DNA of 55,941 nucleotides, counting the filler, from Dirinaria sp. TL-2023a (Eukaryota): the NCBI GenBank assembly GCA_051941275.1. It is 4 parts of 4 records of this genome, joined end to end, with 100 filler letters (N's around TTAATTAATTAA, not from the genome) between each part and the next. Parts side by side here need not be neighbours in the genome. Positions count along the whole stretch, not along the records: positions 1 to 13,926 come from JAVEBF010000639.1; positions 14,027 to 27,944 come from JAVEBF010000640.1; 2 more parts are not named here. One strand, 5' to 3'. The notes beneath the pieces are model-generated. The model had not been told where the DNA came from. It did not search any database and saw only the letters and a program-made list of their open reading frames with translations. Below are positions 10,968 to 23,208 of the stretch, piece by piece. Position numbers and translations under genes: made by a program. The first letter of the stretch is position 1, and every line of letters starts with the position of its first letter.

Positions 10968-11639
10968 ATGAAGTTCTTCAGCCTCCTTACCCTCGCTGGC
11001 GTCCTGGCCACCGGTCTCGCAGCACCAGCACCTGAACCCGCTCTCGAGAGGCGCCTTGGTCCAGCCGACGAGCCTGCAGCATCTGCCCGTGTTAGCACTC
11101 TCTACGCAGACATCAAGCAATACACTGCTGTCATTAGTACGCCCCTCTCCAACTCTTTCCCCCTTCCCCCTTTTCCCTTCCTCATTCCCACATCAATACC
11201 CTTGTTGCTACACCGATACTGACCACACATCACAGACTCCACCTCCGCCTCCCTAGGCAAGGCTCCCACAGACGCCCAAAAAGCCGCCGCCAACCCCGTC
11301 TACAAATCCGCCATCGCCTCCATCAACAGCCTCGTCGCCGCCACTACCTCAGACATCAAATCCGGCGCGCTCGCTAAACGCCAACTCCCACCACCGCTTG
11401 GTAGTCTGGCCGCCGAGCTTGCACTCATCCTCGCGGAGATCGGTGGGGCTTTGAACACTATCATCGCGTCTCTGGGTCTGGCGGCTACTCTTGCCCTCTT
11501 GGGACCACTGGTCGCTACTCTTTCTGCGTTATTGGCGAGTTTGATTCCGGTGGTGAATGATTTGTTGGCTACTGTGGCGGGGTTGCTGGATGGGGTTCTG
11601 GGGGGATTGAGTGCTGCGCTTGCGGCGCTTTTGCTGTGA
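10968..11639 (+). CDS. Secreted Ala/Leu-rich helical protein, ~190 aa, 2 exons (10968-11136, 11236-11639); possibly Sc15-like
   Basis: Signal peptide MKFFSLLTLAGVLATGLA, propeptide ending ERR and an internal KR. Intron GTACGC..CTGAC..CAG (11137-11235) joins ORF 10968 to ORF 11451 in frame. Strong C-ending codon bias in the 5' part. Confidence 0.85.
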
Positions 11640-12486
11640 GAGCGATCATGATGGTCGAACGAGACGGCACTGATATCATGTGCGTATGGCTGTGCTCACA
11701 CCATCGCATACTTCGCATAGGACATGATGTAGTATCTGTCCTGCTTGATACTTCCTGTTTTTGGGACTCAAAAGTTTGGCTCACACACACACACACACCA
11801 CCATGCTCTTCAGCGATTGTCTTCTTTGAGGTTTTCAGCTTTAGATATTTGGGCGTTTCGCCATTGGGCGGGAAAGCACACAGCGAGGGGAGCAAGAGTT
11901 TTCATTACGTCTTATAAGAAAACATATCACACTCTTAGAAGAAGCGAGACCCTCCAGGTACTTTTGCGCTGCGCTTTCCATTGGCGATACCCTGTTCAGT
12001 GGACGTCTACACAGAAGTCAGATGATCTTTACCCCACATTCCAACGCAGTGGCTTGTGGACAGGCTTGCATAAAATCATGTACGATTGCATACTGCTGCA
12101 TTGAGTTTCATTAGCCGCTTTCAGCTAGTGGCTTCGTTTTCTATGAACCCTGCCAAGTGCCGACTCTGCTTTCCCGCCTCGTATCAGATCTTGTGCCTAT
12201 CAAAGACTCTTACCCTTCAGACCTTCTTCAACTTCTCATCTACTTCGTCAGCAAACACAGAAGCAGATTCATCATGATTGCTGTGGAAGTACGTGCTCAT
12301 AGAGAAGTCGACCACCGCTAGAAGTCAGTTGCAGTCGACAAGTATTGCGTGGTCGTAGATCTCGCAGGATGCGTGAAAGTACGTGTTTCCTCGTCTCTCT
12401 CGGTCGAGCGCTCTTCCAGTGTAATAAACCTCGAGGCAGTTGGAGGCTCAGAGTGAGGCTGTGCAATTACTCCGAACGCTCCCATC

Positions 12487-13566
12487 TCACCAACGGTGGC
12501 TCAATGTATCTTCTTTGTTTCCATAGGTGTAACGCTCTGTCTTTCGATCGTACTTCAGGTATACCTTGCCGTTCTTGTAGAAGCATACCTCCTCTTCAGT
12601 CTTCGGATCCCAGTACCAGTCCATAACGTGTGCAAGATCAGGGCCCCGGGGGAATATCGTTTTGTCCTGCGACCGCTCTCCACCGCACCTCACAGCCAGA
12701 AAGTTGAAATTAGGTCCAAACTGCTTCAAGATCGGACGTTCGTCGGATTCTCCGTACGGCACAATTTTCGCGACTGGAGTTCGGTTTGTCTCCCCTGGGA
12801 ATACTCCTGGCTGGTGGGCGTCGTCGCGGGCCACTTCTTTGTCGGCATAGGTGGTGAATCCTCCGTCCTCGTCCTCAGATTCGGATGGCCAATGCGAGGC
12901 TAGAACGAACCAGGGGTGGCGATTCCTCCCTGCGTCCATGTCCATAACAAGGACGTGTCCGGTTCGTTTCCAAGAGCCTCTTTGCACGCGTACGACCCAG
13001 CCGAGACTAGCGAATCGGCGCAATGTGTGATCGTCTCTGGACTTGATACGCCATGCAGCATCCTCGTACTCAGAGGGACGTCCATCTGGATATGTAATAG
13101 CTCCCGAATCGGTCGATGCATAGGGTAGAGAGGTGAGCTCCTGCGCATCTTCTGTTCTTGGAAGAGATCCCAGCGCAGGCATGAGCTCAAATACGGCGTC
13201 TTCCATCCCACCGTATTTGCCCAAGGGCACATTCTCCAAATTCCTCATGGTCATGATTTTTTGAAGGTCCGATACATGATCAGCTGGAGCATGCAAAGGG
13301 TCGATCTTGTAGGCTGCGTCCCAGAACTGCTCGGACGTAGGTTTTGGCTGAGTCAGTTGAGCTTGCTTCTTTTCTGTGTCCTTCCTTGCAAAGTGCAAGC
13401 TGAAGTCTTTACGAGTGACACCGCTCATGAAAGGGTATCTCTTCGTCGCTTTCTGTATCTCCTTCTCCACGAATTCAAAGTACTCAAAGTACCCCCTACC
13501 CAATGCTTGTCTAGAAACCTGACGGATCTGGTTGAACACAACTTCAACAGATGTTGGTTCGGCCAT
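12487..13566 (-). CDS. Hypothetical protein, 359 aa, single exon
   Basis: Long ORF (394 codons). The first ATG at 13566 gives MAEPTSVEVV. Globular protein-like composition, no family recognised. Confidence 0.75.
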   Translation of the reverse strand: MAEPTSVEVVFNQIRQVSRQALGRGYFEYFEFVEKEIQKATKRYPFMSGVTRKDFSLHFARKDTEKKQAQLTQPKPTSEQFWDAAYKIDPLHAPADHVSDLQKIMTMRNLENVPLGKYGGMEDAVFELMPALGSLPRTEDAQELTSLPYASTDSGAITYPDGRPSEYEDAAWRIKSRDDHTLRRFASLGWVVRVQRGSWKRTGHVLVMDMDAGRNRHPWFVLASHWPSESEDEDGGFTTYADKEVARDDAHQPGVFPGETNRTPVAKIVPYGESDERPILKQFGPNFNFLAVRCGGERSQDKTIFPRGPDLAHVMDWYWDPKTEEEVCFYKNGKVYLKYDRKTERYTYGNKEDTLSHRW

Positions 13567-13926
13567 TGGTTCGGTGCTGGTGGAGAGTGATCGAAGCTGT
13601 CGAAAAGATATGGCTGATGAAGCGGATGCTGATTGGAAACGCAATGGTTCCGCAGAAATTATCTCACGCACAAAAGACGAAGCTTCAACGCTCGCCTTAA
13701 GTAGTGAAGATTGATAAAAGAATGCCAGCTCAGGATCCGAACCTCTGAATAAAATACTGTTGCCACTCTAATCCGAGTATGAGTTATAGACCACGTTGAG
13801 CTTGTGGCTTGATAAGGCTGTATAAACTAGAACTTTATTTATCAATTTCCCAAACAAAACAAAAAAACTTTCGTCCGGACCTAACTACTCGTGAAATCAA
13901 AGGAAAAAGATGCAGAGGATAAAAAG

Positions 13927-14026
13927 NNNNNNNNNNNNNNNNNNNNNNNNNNNNNNNNNNNNNNNNNNNNTTAATTAATTAANNNNNNNNNNNNNNNNNN
14001 NNNNNNNNNNNNNNNNNNNNNNNNNN
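13927..14026. other. Artificial contig spacer (44N-TTAATTAATTAA-44N)
   Basis: 100-nt block whose 12-mer gives stop codons in all six frames; identical to the other two spacers. Confidence 0.97.
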
Positions 14027-14619
14027 TGGATTGGATTTTCACAAGCTGTGTTGCCTTTTTGGCTTAGAGGGAGAGAGGGGGGTTTGTAGATAGGGTGTCG
14101 TTGGTAAAGAAAGAATGCTTGGGTCTTTGGGCTACTGCTGCTGGAGGGGTTGGTTGTGAGGATTGCAAAGTATGAAGAAGAAAGAGGAGGAGGCTCTTGA
14201 TAAAACCAGGAAGGTTGGGTGGTTACGTTAGGTTAAACAGGTAGGAGGAGGGGGCGTGGGGAATCGATTTTTTTAAGGAAGACTGAGAGAAAGTTTGGGA
14301 TAAGTCAAGGAAAGGGAAGGTTGGTGCTTGGTTCTTATATGTAATAACTAGGTACACACCTTAAGCTCTCTCCCCAGCGAATTAAAGGGGGAAAAAAAAC
14401 AGCCGTCAGAAACCGACCTCCTCCGCCTCCTTCTCCTCCTCGCTGGCATCAGAAATCGCAGAATCGCCTTCCGGGAGCTCGAATACTAGCTAGCATTCGA
14501 CTCTCGATTCCTTATCCTTCATGTTCATGTGGGGAATCGATTTCACGATCCTCCACTCACTGGAGAGGCGCCTCTTCCAACCATCCATGCCCGAGCATTT
14601 CCATACGTTTTTCAAAATA

Positions 14620-14732
14620 AGAAAAATCTAGGCTTCGGACGGATGACTTTGGGAAAGTTTCACTGGTTTACCTACGCCTCTTTGGCGCATCTGCATAGGT
14701 TCAGGATAGAAAAATTAGGCTTCGGACGACTT
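14620..14732 (+). repeat. Short direct repeat, ~25 bp x2
   Basis: AGAAAAATCTAGGCTTCGGACG at 14620 and AGAAAAATTAGGCTTCGGACG at 14708, both followed by GACTT. Confidence 0.6.
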
Positions 14733-16408
14733 AGTTAATTCCCATAGCCCTTTTTTTTCTCTACTCATGACGCCCAGGCGTCTATACGGCGTTTATGATA
14801 CGTACAGGGCTTCACGCCTCTGACGACCTCCAATTGAAACAACTCGGCCTCCCCCGAATACCAGTTTACAAGCCATCAAGAATGCCATTATAGATCGCTA
14901 ATGGACACAAAACTCCGGTCACGCGTTACTGGGCCCCAAGCAGCTGGATCCGCGGAGGGGAAACGGATCGGACAGTATGCTGTGCGCACAACAACAAGCA
15001 TCGGTCATAGAAAAGGTTGCTTGATAGAGACCGTCCCTGGGTTTAGCAGGAGAAATTGCTTTCGTGGATGAACACAATGCTTTGAGCAGACCAGGAAAAC
15101 CTATTTCCTTGTAAGTGTATCAGAGCGAGGGAAGACTTTTGTGCTCGGCTACGCTCTACGCGTACATGCACCACGGTATCGAGCCTCGTATATAGGGGGC
15201 TCGGTTAAACTTGCCATCAATCGTACTTCGACTCCCGGAGGATCTCGGTGCTGGGTGGTAAGTAGGTAGTAGTTGGAGTAGCTTCATAGACAGACGGAGA
15301 CCCCGCGCCTAGGGCATATGCACTTAGCATCGAATTTTCATGTGTTGTCAACAGATCGTGCTATCCAGAAGCACACCGATGTCCTTAATTCTTCCACCCG
15401 AACAACCTGTTCTTAGCGTGCCATTACGTTAGTCAAGACCAGATAAATCCGTGTCTTCCGGGGGCTGTGGAATTTGACATCACTCCGATGGTAGATTCGT
15501 GTACTATAAGGTAGGTACCGCTGCTTTTTCGACTAAACACTGACCAAATGTGGCCAGTACTGTTTGGCTAGTCCGCAATCAGTGCCGCGTGAGCGGCGAC
15601 AGCACAAAATTCGCCCAAAGCTGTTGGCAACAGGCTAGTAAATCGATCATACTCAGTTCGGGATCTCCGAAGTCGTTATAAGCGAATGAAACTTTAGAAC
15701 ACGAAGGTTAAACCCTCCAAACCCCACTTCCCCCCAGAATTGGAATAGTGGAGAAAAAATATCACGTCCACTGCTTTCACCAACCAGGTTCCACGTTGAG
15801 CTCCCTGCGCTGTGCAATCATTCATACGCACACTGTTATCACCCTTGGTGATCTTATACTCACTCGTTCGGGACGTTTGTTTTCCGTCTAACACTAAATC
15901 CAACGCTTCTCGTTATCTAAAAACTTAAGAGAGACCTTGAAAGAGGCAGACTGAGGGTAAGAAGAGAAGAGTCAAGAGTACGTGTCTGACGATGGATTTG
16001 CGGTTTTGGGGAGCTCGGAGCTCGTGTGTCATTGCTCGACCTGGCTCCACACGCTATAGGTGCTTTCGATGCCTTGTCCACTAGCATTATCGAAAGTCAT
16101 ATGTCTGGTAGTTTGGGGCCAGCCGGCGCCCAGAAGTGACTCTATGTTTAGCAAAAACTGCCCCAAGAATGCTGCCCCTAGCGCCAAAATGACTCACTCA
16201 ACCTCTGCGGCGGATACCTAGAGTGCGTGGGTGGGCAAAAGTGCGCTTTCACAATGCGATATCGACGGCGATATTAAAGCGGTTGCAGAAGCCAGGTGAG
16301 GCACTGAAGGTGCCATATATCTTCGTCAACATATACACTGCCTGAAAGGATTGAGTCCTATAGTTCTAGAGGGTCTGGAACACCGTCCCACCTGATACTA
16401 AGCCTCTG

Positions 16409-18600
16409 TCAGTCAACTGCAATGCGGTGGCAAACTACCTGCCTTATGGCAACTACATACCGGAGGTGACATCTTGAGTGATAATGCTTTGCCTTGTGCA
16501 TGCTCATATGCGCAGCAAGAGCATCAAACTGCACGCACATGAGGTGGCATCGATGAATCTGACGACCTCGGCATCGGCATCTAGACACTTCCCCCTTAGC
16601 CAAGCCGGACACTTTTACTTGATACCCAATGAGATTCACAGACCTTTCACCTAGCAATAAGCGATGGCCCAGAACGAGGATAAGAATACACACTTGCTGA
16701 AAGGATGGCCTTCATGTGACGGTGCTTGTCTCCCACGTATGAGAGGCAATGATTGGCTCCATTACCTGCACACTGGGTGCGCTAGGCGCCGTGTGGCATT
16801 CTTCCTCTTGTTACCGTCGCATGATTGCCTCGATTGGTGTGATATTTGGTTACGGAGCAATTGCTACAATAGCATTAGTACGCTCATAGAAGAGTCATTG
16901 TCGTTGAAAACTTACGATTGGCTAGTACAATATGTGGACCACAAGCTGTCTTCTCACTTACATACCCTGTAGAGCTCTTCTTCTCTCGTGGAGCAAGGTC
17001 TTCTTCTTCATATACTACCCTGCAACGTGGTTCGCTTGGAGTGTCGAGTGCCTAAAAAAGTTGGGACTTGCCTGACGGAGCTTGAATCGAGGTCAGAACA
17101 TTCGGACGACGCAACAGTTCATCTAGGACTTCTAATATCCTGCTCTCTTGTTACCGTTTCCAAGGTTTTGTTTGAAAAGTCAACCTCAGGTTTTCTTCTT
17201 TCTACCTTGCGAGCGATGCCCGACTATTCATGCCATCGATGGATATGTTCGCCGAGCGGAGGCTCTTCGTAGGAAATAGCTGCAAGGCCTATTTATCAGA
17301 CATAGAAAACCTCGTCCGCTAGCGCTCCCGAGGTTCCTCCGAAGGAGCTCCAGAGCTCCAACACTATCGCTCGGTGAAGCAAGGTCTGACATCGACATCC
17401 CTCTCGAGTATCTGTCTGTCGAAAGATCTCTCGAATATCGAATCCATATCTCCCATTGCATCAATCGATCGCGCTTGACATAATCGTGAAGACCTTTCAT
17501 AGAGCTTTGAAGCGGCTGTATGTGAGAAGAGAACAAGATATGCTCTTGAATGAGGATGATTCTCTATAGCAGTGCAGAAGCAGAATTCAAAAAAACTCCC
17601 GATTTACCAGCACCTGATCTCATACTATCTCACCGTTTTGAATGCTTACCCGGGATTGATTTCCATGAGCCCAAGCCCGAGCCCAAGCCCGAGCCCGAGC
17701 CATAACAGAAGACGGATCGACCTGGAAGTGATATGAACTTGGGTCTCTATCCGATTAGATATTGTTGTAGTGTATTGAGAGGCCTATACCTGTCTTTCTC
17801 TCTTTCGCCAGAGTTTATCGATTGATACCGAGTCAGCGATCATGTGGAAGCAAGCCAAGACCTGTTGGCTTTTCTATTGTAAATAGGCCTAGCTTTTGTA
17901 CGTCCGGATGCTGCCGTCTCATGAATTATTGGCAAACAAGTCAAGAATGGAGTCGCGGATTTGTATGTTTACAGATCCATTCGGTTTCGCATGCTGGGAG
18001 TGAGAGCATGAGTCAAAGATCTCTGAGCAAGGTCCTGTGGGTCTCGGTATCTTCATGGAATGTCCTTCCGGTTGCACCTCGCCCAGCTTGCTGGGAGTAA
18101 AATTCTTTCGAGAGTTGCATTATTTGACTGTCGACGATGTAGAACTATAAAACTACACGCCTCAATCGTTCCAATAGTGCATACGGCTTGTTTCGTGATG
18201 CCAGAGACTAGAATGTTAAACAAGGCTTTTTAGAATGAGTAAGACTTTTCAATCAAAAATAGAACCATTTAGCCAGCTCTCGTAGAGAGCTGAGCTTGTA
18301 TCTTCAAGGTGAGGCGATGGGCGGTTTTGGAAATCCTATCGATACTTGAAGAAAATTGTCGAGTCTACCCTTCGCAGCATACCCACTCTCGACCTCGATC
18401 ATCAACTGCAGTTTCATCAATGCCAAGCTGCTTGATCGCAGTAGAAATGAGGATAGCAGCTGAAATTCACAGAATCAGTCGTCGCTTCGTGATCATGGGT
18501 CTTGCGGTGGCTGCCTTGATCGCTAGCTTGTGCTATAGGGACGGTAGGACCTTGGAGCTACTGTGTGGATGCTTGAGCAGCAGTCTTGGCCTCAAGTAAA
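16409..18600 (-). pseudogene. Possible decayed gene of unknown family
   Basis: A canonical minus-strand intron (GTAAGT at 16915, TACTAAT branch site, TAG at 16864) lies among short protein-like ORF pieces (e.g. 17228-17536). No continuous frame could be built and the limits are uncertain. Confidence 0.25.
17667..17701. repeat. Hexamer tandem repeat (RAGCCC) ~6 copies
   Basis: GAGCCCAAGCCCGAGCCCAAGCCCGAGCCCGAGCC. Confidence 0.85.
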
Positions 18601-19102
18601 TGTCATGCACCTGCATTATCCCTTACAGAAGAGTTATTTGTCTTGCAGAAACTTACGGCTAGAGATGATAGCATTGTAGAAGTCGAAGGAGAAAACCAAA
18701 GAGCAGTTTACTTTTAGCTCTGTAGATGTATTGATGATACGTGCTGAGTCCTATGACAATCTGAGACCATATCTCCTTGTAATAGACAATGGACGTAAAC
18801 AGCGTCTTATCTAAAGTGTTAGATGCGTAGGGCAAGTGTGCAGTCGGTCAGAGCAATTCTCGCCGATGGCCCGAAGTGAAAGCCAGGAGGTGGAAAAGGC
18901 AGATGAGTCTTGCTGCGCTAGGGGCCAGGGGCTGGGCCAGTGCTTGAGTATCGAAGGCCGCGAAGGATCCTTTTAAAGGGCATCGAAGCCAGTACATTGC
19001 CTAAAGAAGGTATGGCATTCACCACAGCTAACTAGGCAATATACTTAGCGACCTGGCGATCTTTATTAGATTATACCTAACACTAATTATGGGAGACGTG
19101 GA

Positions 19103-19424
19103 TTATTGCATACCGTCTTCCGTATGTCGGCTGCCGCGATCAAATCTGCGTTGCCAGTCTTGTAGGTACCGGTCCATTCCCTCGGGCCCGGCTTCGTACC
19201 CTTCACGGTTGCACTGCCGTAGCTCGAAACCTCGACTTCCCTCAAGAAGGTAGCGCTCAATGGGTGGCGAATACTTTTTGCTCTTATCGCACTTGCGTGA
19301 AGTGGGCTTGGGCTCCGAAGTTTTCATGGACTTTGAGGGACTGTTGAACCTAATTAGTCCTTATCACCTGCTAAGCAGGAGTGTGAAGAGGTTCCAGACG
19401 GGGCCGGATGAGGACTTACGCCAT
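19103..19424 (-). CDS. Small hypothetical protein, 80 aa, 2 exons (19424-19420, 19340-19103)
   Basis: CACAAAATGGC|GTAAGT...ACTAAT...CAG|TCCCTCAAAG gives MAPSKSMKTSEP..., in frame with ORF 19103-19327. Good start context and canonical intron 19419-19341. Confidence 0.7.
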
Positions 19425-22392
19425 TTTGTGATGGAATCGGACACGGACCAATTTCTTAGCCTAATCCAGGTTCAAGTTTGGAGCTTTTGGTCAACGGAGA
19501 GAGCAGAATCTACACAGCAAGCGATGAAGTACGCGTGAGGATATTAAGAAGCCAGAGTTCAGGGGCAGGAAGGACCGTCGTAAGACTCAAATAGCTGTTT
19601 TAAGGAGCCACAGGATCTGGAGTGACTACACCACTGCAATTGGCAATGCACATGCACCATGTTGATACTACTTAGAGGCGGGCACGGTGGTCCACCCATG
19701 CAATTCAATTTTTCGTTAGCTCTAACTTGCCGTCGCCGTGAACCGAAGCCAATGCCAGGTCACAGGGGGGTGAGGAACAAAAGCAGCCGCGATCCGACCC
19801 AGCGAGCCGTGTCCGTTTCCAGCTTCGTGTCTCCGCATGTCCTGAAAGTTTGGACAGCAAATCAGTGTGACTGAACCGAATGTGGCTGGCTCCATGACTA
19901 CTGTAAGGTACTCGTTCGTTCTGCGGAGTTCAGTCGACGCCGGCTCCAGGCTAACGGAAACTTTTGGGACTGCTGGACTAGTGCAGGCATTTCATGGTTG
20001 GTCAAACATTCTCCGAGCACGCTCTGACAGTTGGCAGTTGAGGCACTGCACTTGCCTACAGTCCAGACAAGGCTGCTTTGTGCTGACGATGTGGAACAAT
20101 GGCCGCGGACCGGGGATCGTCAGGGCTAACATTAAGTAGCGTAATTTCGACCCAGGCACCTGGGCGGCGAAGTTTTGCAGCACACCACCAGCAGCAAGTG
20201 CACGCGCTTAGATCTGGTTGTCATTTCGGACGATCCGACATTTTTGGGACCCATGCCGGCGGGCTTTTGCAACCTGGTTGACTGGATGGGTGTTTGTTCC
20301 TGGGTCGGATAATGCGAGCGATATGCGACAGGGCGTTGGAAAGTTGTGCAGGAGATCTGCAAGAAGAGCTGAGGGGAAGACGACAGCCAGCTAAAAGCAA
20401 GGGCAACGACAACCGGTAACCAGCCCGAGCCCCAAGTGGAAGGGCTGACTGTTTTTTTTTTTTTCTTTTTTTTTTTTTCTTCAATTTGAAGAAAGCCCCA
20501 GAGCAAGTTGGATTACAGTACTATCACTACCTTACCTTACATACTTTTAGTGTGGGATGAACGACCCAAGCCGTTAGTTCTAGTAGCTAAATTAGACGAT
20601 TCCAACCACGGCTCGCGGATGCATCCCCCTCGATCCCTCTTCCCCGGAGACGGCCTTGTGTGGGCGGGCGTGGGCTTGGGTGAGCTTGTGTGTGTCAGAG
20701 CCCAAAGCAACGGGACGCTACCGTGCCACACCCGGGCTGCCGGTGAGGTTCCGTTGCATCGGGTTTATCCTCCTTTCCTTGGGACTCTCGCCCCTCCTGA
20801 TCCTGATGGGTTGGTGATTGCGATGGGAACACCCTTTGCGATCGGCAATGATCATCTCGCTAAGGAAGTCCTTTCACAATCAATTGAAGATCGTCGCGTT
20901 GGCCCGTCAAAACGGAAAACCATCCATTTACATTCTCGGCAGGGGGGTGAGATTGGTGCGGCCGACTCGAAGTTGCGGTTCCATTTCTCGCCTGCTTCCC
21001 GTCAGAGAGTCGTAAGGTAGCGTAGTCTCGGTTCCAGGGTCATAGAATGGTTTACCTCTACCTTAGTCTTGCAGCACCAGGGCTGGAATTGCGGCATTTT
21101 CGATGTGACTTGGTGACCGCTCAGACAAGCACCAATAACATTGGGTGCAGATCATGCTTTGCGTAGACGCCAATAAAGTAAAAAAGTAAACAGCCATTCT
21201 GGTCCGGCGTGCTGCAGAGAAATGAAAAAGGCTTCTCGCTACCCCAAAAAGACCCTGGCCCAGATGACGTTGCCAGCCGAACCGAGGAGGTTCGAGGGGT
21301 TGAGTGGGACCTGCACAGCTTCGACTCCTGGGAAAATTATCTTTTGCCAACAGATACGCAATTGATCCCTCTTCCCGCCAGTTCTCGGCAGCCTTACGGA
21401 CGTAAAGTGTCCATGATGGGCGAGTGGAAAACTGCATTCTGCCTGGCTGGGAAGAGGTAACCCTTGATCGAGCCTCTAACCTGCAACGACGGCGCTCATC
21501 GGAGGTCCCGATATCACGGCGCTTGGTGACAAACAAGTCACATCTGTTACAAGCTCCACTACTACTTTCTACTTCTCATCAACATAGGTAAGTAGTGTAA
21601 CCTGATAACAAAATCCGCAAGAGGAATGATTCCAAAGTCCTTGCAATCATGTGCCTTCAAAAATCGTCTTCCCTCGTCCGGCACCGATGAAAATCAACTC
21701 TGCAGGCCGTGGCGCAGCATGGTTCAGGTTTGCACCGTTCTCCCTAACGAGCTGCCTTGTAGCGTTTTGAACGGTCTGATGCAATGGATGATGATCGCTT
21801 TCTGAGCAGGGACACCCTTGGAACAGGCAGGTCGACAGGAGGCTCCATCCTAAAAGGTGAAAACTAATCACCAAGGCTTCCGGTATGCACTTCAAGTGCA
21901 GGATGTGGCGGTACAAGCATGCCCATTTTTCCCTTCTTTCCATCTCTCGCGTGCTCTATAGCGTTGTATTCTGAAATCATTTCACACAATTACAGGCGAA
22001 GGCAGACACTGCAAGTGGCTCCCTGATCGACCTTGCTCGGACGCTTCCCGCTTCTGTGCAACTTGACGTTTTAACCTTCGACCGCGCAGTTCCCACACAG
22101 GCACACACTTGGGCAGTGCCACATGAGACCACAAATCGTCAACGCTTGATGCCAGACGATTGAAGAGGGCATTATGAAACCGTGCATGCTGGTCACTTGG
22201 TACTTTCGATAGAGAATGAAGATCTTGTGCTAACCTTGAAAAGCCTAATAAACTTTTTCAGTAGCACGCTTAACAGGCAGGCACCGATAACGCTCAGTCT
22301 GATGGAAATTGGTAAGAGCTCGGTACGAAGTTCGTGGTTGGCCAGTCTTCTTGACTAAGCCAATTGTGAGCTGAGACAGGGTAGGTAATTCG

Positions 22393-23208
22393 TCAGTTGC
22401 AGCAAAGTATCTCTCCATGTACGATGACCAAGCGACCATCCGGTTGCTCACTCCACTCTCGCCAAGCTTGCGATACCTGTTGAAGTTCGTTTGGCGTTGT
22501 GTGCCCTCCGTTGACAGCCAGACGGAAAAAGTCAGACTGCAAGGAGCGGTCAGCCCACGCATTTCCCCACCATGTACGATCTTCTTGACTTGCAAAACAC
22601 CAAGTGCTTGCTGTAGATTTGATACACGATCTATCAAAACCAGCCTCGTGGGCCCAGGCATGGATCTTTGTGCCAGCTGTAGGATCTCCGCCGTTTCCTC
22701 GTGCCACCGACATGGAGATTTCCAGCCACCTTGTGAGCATAGGGTGTTCAGGGTACCAGGAGCTAACAGACATGTCTGCCTCCCGGACAGCGACTATGCC
22801 ATTTGGTTTAAGTATACGCTTCATCTCCACTAGTGCTTTGACTGGCTCTCCACAATGTTGCAGTACTTGATGCGCATGCACCACATCAAAACTGCTGTCA
22901 GGATATTTCAAAGCATGGACGACACCATTCTCAAAGCGAACGTTTGTAAGTTGCCTAGCATCCACGTTTTTGCGGGCTTGGCGGAGTACTTCCTCACTCA
23001 TGTCTATGCCAATTACCGTACCATCAGGCACCAGCGCCGCGAGATCCGCTGTGATTGTTCCAGGGCCACAGCCGACATCGAGGATCTTCATGTCGGGGCG
23101 GACAGAATCCAAGAGATAGGCTGCACAATCGGCGGCTGTGCGCCGGCTGTGGGAACGCAGAACAGACTCATGATGGCCAGCGGGATAGATAGCAGGCTGT
23201 GCAGGCAT
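22393..23208 (-). CDS. SAM-dependent methyltransferase, UbiE/COQ5-like (Methyltransf_31 type), 271 aa, intronless
   Basis: N-terminal GHHESVLRSH, motif I ILDVGCGPG, GIDMS, FDVVHAHQVLQH, LKPNG and C-terminal HGEILC. Confidence 0.92.
   Translation of the reverse strand: MPAQPAIYPAGHHESVLRSHSRRTAADCAAYLLDSVRPDMKILDVGCGPGTITADLAALVPDGTVIGIDMSEEVLRQARKNVDARQLTNVRFENGVVHALKYPDSSFDVVHAHQVLQHCGEPVKALVEMKRILKPNGIVAVREADMSVSSWYPEHPMLTRWLEISMSVARGNGGDPTAGTKIHAWAHEAGFDRSCIKSTASTWCFASQEDRTWWGNAWADRSLQSDFFRLAVNGGHTTPNELQQVSQAWREWSEQPDGRLVIVHGEILCCN

Noticed and set aside
13971..13982. TTAATTAATTAA recurring every ~14 kb as a biological repeat or recombination site
   Set aside because: It is always centred in exactly 88 Ns, so it is an assembly linker.
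14407..14590. Tiny spliced minus-strand ORF (…FELPEGDSAISDASEEEKEAEEVGF)
   Set aside because: About 35 aa, ambiguous start, weak branch site and low-complexity sequence.
19659..21943. Overlapping 60-170-aa ORFs on both strands
   Set aside because: Mostly non-ATG starts, no codon bias or motifs, one ORF runs through a poly(T) tract; likely intergenic noise.
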